Assembly (NCBI GenBank): GCA_018655525.1
Contig: JABIJM010000008.1
Span: 20,836-84,835 of the forward strand
From: Candidatus Woesearchaeota archaeon
Lineage (GTDB): Archaea > Nanobdellota > Nanobdellia > Woesearchaeales > GW2011-AR9
Length of the DNA: 64,000 nucleotides
Direction: 5' to 3'
A program made the translations under genes and the position numbers. This document shows positions 58,870 to 64,000 of the stretch, in pieces. The notes below the pieces were generated by a model. The model searched no databases. It had not been told where the DNA came from and saw nothing but the letters and a program-made list of their open reading frames with translations. The stretch's first letter is position 1. Each line of letters opens with the position of its first letter.

Positions 58870-60065
58870 AGTTGTAATTCTTTTTCTAACATTTCTTTAA
58901 GTTTGATGATAATTCCTTCTTCTAATGAAAGATTGATTTCTCGAGTTCTCCCATAGCGTCCTTTAGAAATAATTTTTGCATTGATAATTCCAAGCATATC
59001 CAATTCTGCCAAAATATCTGAAACACGGCGTTGTGTTAAGATATTAAGATTAGATTTTTTACATAATGTCCCATAAATTTCATAAATTTCTCCTGTAAAA
59101 AATTGACGTTTCTGAGGACTAATCAACATGATTGCAAATAATACTAATTTAAACTGGCGTGGCTGATTCATTGCAGCGCTAATAAGTTTGTCAGATTCTA
59201 CTTTTCTTTCTGCAGCATCTAAATGTGTAATTTCAACTTGTCGTGAACCACTTCTCTCTGCTATTTCTCCTGCAACACGTAATAAATCTATTGCTCTTCT
59301 TACATCTCCATGTTCACGGGCTGCATAAGCTGAACATTTTTCAATTACACCTGTTTGAACAGTACCATCATTAAATGCAGAATTTGAACGGTTTCGTAAA
59401 ATTTCTTGAATTTGTAGAGCATTGTAAGGTGGAAAAATGATGTCTTCTTCCGAAAGACTACTTTTCACACGTGGATCTAAATTTTCTGCGAATATTAAAT
59501 TGTTAGAAATTCCAATTAAACAAATTTGTGAGTTTTTTAATTCTGCATTAATTCTCGTTAAATTGTAAAGAACTTCATCACCAATTTTTTTTGTTAATTG
59601 ATCTATCTCATCAAGAATAAGAAGAATAACTTGTTTTTCTTGGTCTAATAATTTGTAAAAGATATTATAAATTTCATCTGTTGGTAAACCTGTGGAAGGA
59701 ACATCCCTTCCAAAACTCTTGATTAATTGTGAAATTAGTCTATATTCTGTATCTGCTACACGTTTTAATTTACAATTTACATAGATTGGTTTTAACGCAA
59801 TGTTATTTTTAACTGCAATCTCCTTCATAGAATTCACAATACTTTTCATTGAAAGAGTTTTTCCAGTACCTGTTTTTCCATAAATAAACAAATTAGAAGG
59901 TTTTTCATTTCTAAGGGCAGGTGCTAGAATGTTTGCTGCTTCACTCATTTGTTCTTCTCGATAAATAACATTCTCTGGCATATAAGAAGATAGTAAAACA
60001 TTCTTATCTCTAAAAAAAGAATCCTGTTTAAGGTAATTTTCAAAAAAGTTATTGATTCCAGACAT
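58866..60065 (-). CDS. cdc6: Orc1/Cdc6 replication initiator
   Basis: AAA+ Walker A GKTGTGKT, Walker B LILDEID, C-terminal winged helix. The start codon directly abuts an ORB element. Confidence 0.85.
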   Translation of the reverse strand: MSGINNFFENYLKQDSFFRDKNVLLSSYMPENVIYREEQMSEAANILAPALRNEKPSNLFIYGKTGTGKTLSMKSIVNSMKEIAVKNNIALKPIYVNCKLKRVADTEYRLISQLIKSFGRDVPSTGLPTDEIYNIFYKLLDQEKQVILLILDEIDQLTKKIGDEVLYNLTRINAELKNSQICLIGISNNLIFAENLDPRVKSSLSEEDIIFPPYNALQIQEILRNRSNSAFNDGTVQTGVIEKCSAYAAREHGDVRRAIDLLRVAGEIAERSGSRQVEITHLDAAERKVESDKLISAAMNQPRQFKLVLFAIMLISPQKRQFFTGEIYEIYGTLCKKSNLNILTQRRVSDILAELDMLGIINAKIISKGRYGRTREINLSLEEGIIIKLKEMLEKELQL

Positions 60066-60066
60066 A

Positions 60067-60089
60067 GTGACCCCCCTATTTCCTATGGA
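60067..60089 (-). promoter_or_regulatory. ORB element 1 (origin recognition box)
   Basis: The minus strand reads TCCATAGGAAATAGGGGGGTCAC, matching the archaeal ORB pattern of a TCCAnnGGAAA dyad plus a G-string. Confidence 0.6.
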
Positions 60090-60471
60090 AAAATGTTTTT
60101 TGGTGAAAATGATCGTGCAACAAGAGTGTGTTGTGCAATCAGATCTTTGTTCGTTGTTGTTTGATTATGTTAAATTTCAATGTTAAATGTAGTTTTGAAC
60201 CACTCTTTCCCATAACCTACATTTCTGATGGAAACAATCCTATAAATAGTTATCGTTAGTAGGATTGGATGGTAACAGAATCTAGTATTAAGTATACTGT
60301 GAAGGAACATGTAGAGTGGAATTCATATTATTAAGTTTAAATCAAAGCAAAATAAATCAATTTAAGGGAGGTAAGATCATTTGTAAGGTAATTAAACAAT
60401 TTTAAGAATAAATTATATTATAAGGAAATTAAGAAGAGTTTAGATAATGTTACTCTTATTACACATATCCT

Positions 60472-60730
60472 TTATTATTATTATTATTATTTAGATATAA
60501 ATTTATTATATATATATAAGATAAATAAAAACATTGATTGGAATAACCTTTGAAATCTTCTTTAAAACTTAGAAAATTAAAATGAACTTTTTCACTTTAA
60601 AATCAATCAAAAAAAACAAAATCTTCAAAAACTTTTGTCGTCGTTAATTTATTATTATCTATATTGAAAATATATTATATATATATATATATAGTTATAT
60701 AATAATAATAATAATAATAAGAAGAAGAGA
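60472..60730. repeat. Cluster of simple-sequence repeats inside the origin region: (TTA)n, (AT)n, (AAT)n
   Basis: ttattattattattattatt at about 60472-60491, atatatatata at about 60508-60518, (at)8 at about 60677-60692, (aat)7 at about 60700-60720. Confidence 0.6.
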
Positions 60731-60928
60731 ATGAGTTAAGTGAATAAAATAAATGATGTTTAGGTTTACTTTCTTTTGAATTTAAGTTTAATGGTTATTT
60801 CTATTTGAAGTTAAGTGGGTATCTCTCTTAACTCAAATCATTTTTGATATTTCATTTGTTTTACTCATAACGAATGTGTTAAGCGCAATTCCTTTCTCTT
60901 TGAAACATAATTCTACTTAAAATAATTC

Positions 60929-60953
60929 TCCATGAGAAACGGTGGTCTGTGAC
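60929..60953 (+). promoter_or_regulatory. Degenerate ORB-like element 3
   Basis: TCCATGAGAAACGGTGGTCTGTGAC. Confidence 0.4.
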
Positions 60954-61079
60954 CTTTTATTACATTTAATCCATATTATTTTTGATTAACATATGGATTA
61001 TAATTGTTTAGGTATGTTTTATTTTAATAGATATCTTTTTTATCTTTTTTATACTTATTTTTTTCTGAATTATTAAATC

Positions 61080-61102
61080 TCCATAGGAAATGAAGGGGTC
61101 AC
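61080..61102 (+). promoter_or_regulatory. ORB element 2
   Basis: TCCATAGGAAATGAAGGGGTCAC. An inverted copy of ORB1 with 20 of 23 nt identical. Confidence 0.6.
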
Positions 61103-61306
61103 ACTCATATGGCATGTTCATTTAACATTAATGTTCATATTACAAAATATAGTTTTGTGAATGTTTAAAAATTAAGTGTGTTAACTGCAATGCCCTTTAT
61201 TAGAGGAGAATAAGGGGGAATTACATTTATTTAATTATTTAATGTAGTTCATTTTAGGTTAAACTCAAATCCGAAGTTTTAAATACCTTTATCTTATTGG
61301 AATTGT

Positions 61307-62143
61307 ATGGTTTTAGAAGCATTATTCAATCCCTTTACTATAAAAAAGAAACCTTGGCAGATGTTTACTGCAGGATTTCTTTATTCTATAATTGCATTAG
61401 CGATGTCTTATGTTGTTTTTACAGAAATTGCAGGGATCTTAATGATTTTTCTTATTGTTATTGCAACTTTACCTATTTTGTATTCTACAATTAAAGGTGA
61501 AGAAGAATTAGATTTAGAAATTAAGAAGGAATCTGTTCTTTTAAAGGAACATACAAAAGTTCTTGTCTTTCTTATGTTCTTATTTTTAGGGATAACAACT
61601 GCGTTCGTATTATCCTATGTATTCTTACCAAGTGCAATGGTTGATTCTGTGTTTTCTTTACAACAAAATGCAATCAACTCGGTGAATGTCAATATTAATG
61701 CTGAAGTCACGGGTAATATTACTAAAATAGACCTTTTCAGTAGAATTTTTGTAAATAATCTTAAAGTATTATTTTTCTGTTTAATTTTTTCATTACTTTA
61801 TGGAACTGGTGCTATTTTTATACTAACGTGGAATGCTTCTGTGATTGCAACCGCCATAGGAAATCTTGTAAAAATTAAAGCTGCCGAGAGTATAGGTGGG
61901 ATAACTTCTTATTTTAGTGTTGCAATTTTTAGTTTTATGCGTTATATGACTCATGGGGTCTTTGAAATTGTAGCATATTTTGTTGCGGGGTTGGCAGGTG
62001 GAATCATTTCTATAGCTTTAATTAAACATAATATGGAAGAAAGAAGTGTTTTAGTTGATGCATTGGATTTAGTATTGATAAGTTTAGGATTAATTATTGT
62101 CGCTGGTGTGATTGAAGTTTATGTTACACCTTTGTTTTTTTAA
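61307..62143 (+). CDS. Polytopic membrane protein (SpoIIM/DUF95-like)
   Basis: 278 aa with 6-7 TM helices. Confidence 0.45.
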   Translation: MVLEALFNPFTIKKKPWQMFTAGFLYSIIALAMSYVVFTEIAGILMIFLIVIATLPILYSTIKGEEELDLEIKKESVLLKEHTKVLVFLMFLFLGITTAFVLSYVFLPSAMVDSVFSLQQNAINSVNVNINAEVTGNITKIDLFSRIFVNNLKVLFFCLIFSLLYGTGAIFILTWNASVIATAIGNLVKIKAAESIGGITSYFSVAIFSFMRYMTHGVFEIVAYFVAGLAGGIISIALIKHNMEERSVLVDALDLVLISLGLIIVAGVIEVYVTPLFF

Positions 62144-62862
62144 AGAACTTTAACTCTTCCAGGTTGGTTTTGAAAGATGTCCCCTGATTCCATCATTTTT
62201 TCAATTAGTTGTTCGGTATCATCTAATATGGATTGTTCAATGATTTCTTCAATTAAGACTCCTTCTCCTTGATCTAATTTTTTAATTAATTGTGTGATTT
62301 TTTCTATAGGGAGAAGTTTTTCTTGTTCTTTTGTTTCTTCAGATATTTCTTCTATAATTGGCTTTTCAATTGTTTCTACAATTTTTTCTTCAACAATTGA
62401 AGGAGATATTTCTTCTTTTTTTACATCTAATTCAACCATACCTTGTAATTCTAACATACGAACTTTTAACCATGCTGCACTTGTAGCTTTCATGATTTCT
62501 GGAGATATATATTTTTCATTATTATACATCCGTACTTTACCAATTATGACTACAAAGTCTCCCACTTTAACTTGTTTTAGATATGCTAATTCTTCAAATG
62601 AACGGGCTACCATTTGTCCGGTTTGATCTTCAATTAACATATTTGTAATTGAACCAACTTTTTCTTTTTGAATAATAATTCCAATGAGGTTTACACGGAA
62701 CACTTTCCCATGGTGGAGAGTTTGAATATGGTGAGGGAGTTCAGGATCTGTATTTACAAATGTACTATGATTAATTTCTTGGATAGTTGTTTTAATTGCA
62801 GTTTGCCGTACGTATTTATTTTTTTCATCCTTTATTTGTGGTGTAGTTTGTTCCATTATCAT
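62140..62862 (-). CDS. OB-fold nucleic-acid-binding protein with a C-terminal winged helix (RPA32-like ssDNA-binding protein candidate)
   Basis: OB-fold pattern (VNLIGIIIQKEKVG...VKVGDFVVIIGKVRMYNNEKYISPE). Acidic linker. C-terminal wH-like helix bundle. Sits between oriC and mcm. Confidence 0.45.
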   Translation of the reverse strand: MIMEQTTPQIKDEKNKYVRQTAIKTTIQEINHSTFVNTDPELPHHIQTLHHGKVFRVNLIGIIIQKEKVGSITNMLIEDQTGQMVARSFEELAYLKQVKVGDFVVIIGKVRMYNNEKYISPEIMKATSAAWLKVRMLELQGMVELDVKKEEISPSIVEEKIVETIEKPIIEEISEETKEQEKLLPIEKITQLIKKLDQGEGVLIEEIIEQSILDDTEQLIEKMMESGDIFQNQPGRVKVL

Positions 62863-64000
62863 AACCTCTGGATAAATCCTCGTTTAGGTTCAAAAATATC
62901 TCCTGTTCGTCGTAATTTTTCTAACGTTGCTTCTACTTTTTCTTTAGGAATATTTTTTTCTTGTGCAGCTTCAATGATATTTTCAACTGGAATTATTTTA
63001 GAATTTAATTGTGATTCCATTTCTGCAATGATTTCTTTGATTGTACTAATTCCACTTCGTTGAGTTGCAGTGATTCTACTACTTAATCTATCAATATCAA
63101 TTTTTCCTGTTTCAGAATCTTTCGCAATTTGATCTAAACAATAACTTACAAGTTCAATTCCTTTTTGAGCATCCTTTTTTGTGACTAATTTTGCAAATCG
63201 TAATTTTGCAGATGCTTCTGCAAGACGTACAAGAGCTTCTAATTGCCTTGCAGTGATAGGGATACTTTTTACGCCTCCTTCGTCCCCTCCTGAATTTCGC
63301 ATGGTGATATAATAATCTTTAATTTCCGCAATGGCTTCATCAGTCATTTTAGGATTCATATTTTTACGAATGTATATGAAATATTTTCTTAAAATGTCTG
63401 TATCTAATTTTGCAATTACTTTATCTGGATCTTTGTGCAAACTTAAAATGAAACTAGCGGTTGCTTCATCTTTTTCCTTACTAGGCATATCCTTTACAGG
63501 AAAAATTAAATCAAAACGTGAAATTAATGCTGGAGGAAGATTAATTTGGTTTGCAACTAAATCATAAGGGTCGAATCTTCCAAATTTAGGGTTTGCTGCT
63601 GCAATTACGGAGGTTTCACATCTCAATGTTGCTTGGATGTTTGCTTTGGAAATAGAAACTGTTTGTTGCTCTAGCGCTTCATGTAATGCAGAACGGTCTT
63701 CTTTAGTCATTTTGTCCATCTCATCAATAATTGCAAACCCTTTATTTGCAAGGACTAAAGTTCCTGCTTCTAAACTCCATCCACCTAGAAATTCATCTTT
63801 AACTACAGAGGCTGTTAATCCTGCTGCACTTGCTCCTTTACCGCTTGTAAATCTTGATTTTGGCGCGACTGCGGTGATTCTTTTTAGTAATTGGGATTTT
63901 CCAGAACCAGGATCTCCTATTAGAAGAATGTGCATGTCACCTCTTGTGATCACGCCGTCTGGACGAACTTTTCTTGAGCCTCCAGCAAGTTGTAGGACTA
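62859..64000 (-). CDS. mcm: MCM replicative helicase (C-terminal about 380 aa, N-terminus beyond the window)
   Basis: AAA+ Walker A GDPGSGKS, Walker B IDEMDKM, arginine finger SRFDLIF, C-terminal wH. The reading frame stays open to the window edge; the listed M at 63953 is a GTG within the ORF. Confidence 0.85.
   Translation of the reverse strand, partial: VLQLAGGSRKVRPDGVITRGDMHILLIGDPGSGKSQLLKRITAVAPKSRFTSGKGASAAGLTASVVKDEFLGGWSLEAGTLVLANKGFAIIDEMDKMTKEDRSALHEALEQQTVSISKANIQATLRCETSVIAAANPKFGRFDPYDLVANQINLPPALISRFDLIFPVKDMPSKEKDEATASFILSLHKDPDKVIAKLDTDILRKYFIYIRKNMNPKMTDEAIAEIKDYYITMRNSGGDEGGVKSIPITARQLEALVRLAEASAKLRFAKLVTKKDAQKGIELVSYCLDQIAKDSETGKIDIDRLSSRITATQRSGISTIKEIIAEMESQLNSKIIPVENIIEAAQEKNIPKEKVEATLEKLRRTGDIFEPKRGFIQRL

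Larger units (their letters stand above)
60066..61300. other. Putative origin of replication (oriC): AT-rich non-coding region with inverted ORB elements
   Basis: About 1.2 kb without credible ORFs, very AT-rich with simple repeats, flanked by inverted 23-nt ORB-like boxes. Adjacent to cdc6, polD and mcm. Confidence 0.65.

Noticed and set aside
60400-60730. Tandem simple repeats, checked for a possible CRISPR array
   Set aside because: The repeats are mono-, di- and tri-nucleotide microsatellites, (TTA)n, (AT)n and (AAT)n. There are no 25-40-nt direct repeats with unique spacers and no cas genes nearby.
1-64000. Searched for a reverse transcriptase or DGR (common in DPANN), transposases, integrases and restriction-modification genes
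   Set aside because: No ORF has a YxDD RT motif, DDE transposase features or an integrase tyrosine-recombinase box. No DNA methyltransferase motifs were seen.

Overview
AT-rich (about 33% GC) archaeal chromosome segment, most likely from a small-genome DPANN-type archaeon. The call rests on archaea-specific genes: PolD DP1 and DP2, Orc1/Cdc6, MCM, PCNA, RFC, Hjc, TFE, aIF2-beta, Sec61-beta, NAC, RpoP, L37ae, prefoldin and tRNase Z. The window is gene-dense on both strands. It contains a replication island: a minus-strand operon of cdc6, polD-small and polD-large that abuts an AT-rich non-coding region of about 1.2 kb. That region is flanked by inverted ORB-like boxes (TCCATAGGAAAT..GGGGTCAC), so I call it an origin of replication. 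An RPA32-like OB-fold gene and the 3' part of mcm lie just beyond it. Two RNA genes are missing from the ORF track. One is an RNase P RNA (about 6578-6908) with the AGGAAAGUCCGCC and ACAAAAGGUGGCUUAU motifs behind a TTTATAAA box. The other is an intron-containing tRNA-Pro(UGG) on the minus strand (42604-42708) whose roughly 30-nt insert sits in the D-arm rather than at 37/38. Two short CDS are also unlisted, Sec61-beta and RpoP. A copper/heavy-metal accessory island spans 26.0-31.9 kb: CopA, CopZ, an ArsR-like regulator, a thioredoxin-like lipoprotein, an HMA–DsbD-like–cupredoxin fusion and a membrane-anchored wHTH regulator. Other unusual points are an AsnB-type glutamine amidotransferase fused to a Dph6-like PP-loop domain, and a DUF523–U32 peptidase–chorismate mutase–ferredoxin cluster with overlapping genes, which I read as an RNA-hydroxylation module with its own prephenate supply. 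TFE carries a histone-H1-like lysine-rich tail. There are several large Cys-rich secreted proteins with lamin-tail or tandem-repeat domains, and two regulators in which an extracellular domain is linked through a transmembrane segment to a cytoplasmic wHTH. I found no CRISPR array, no transposase and no reverse transcriptase.
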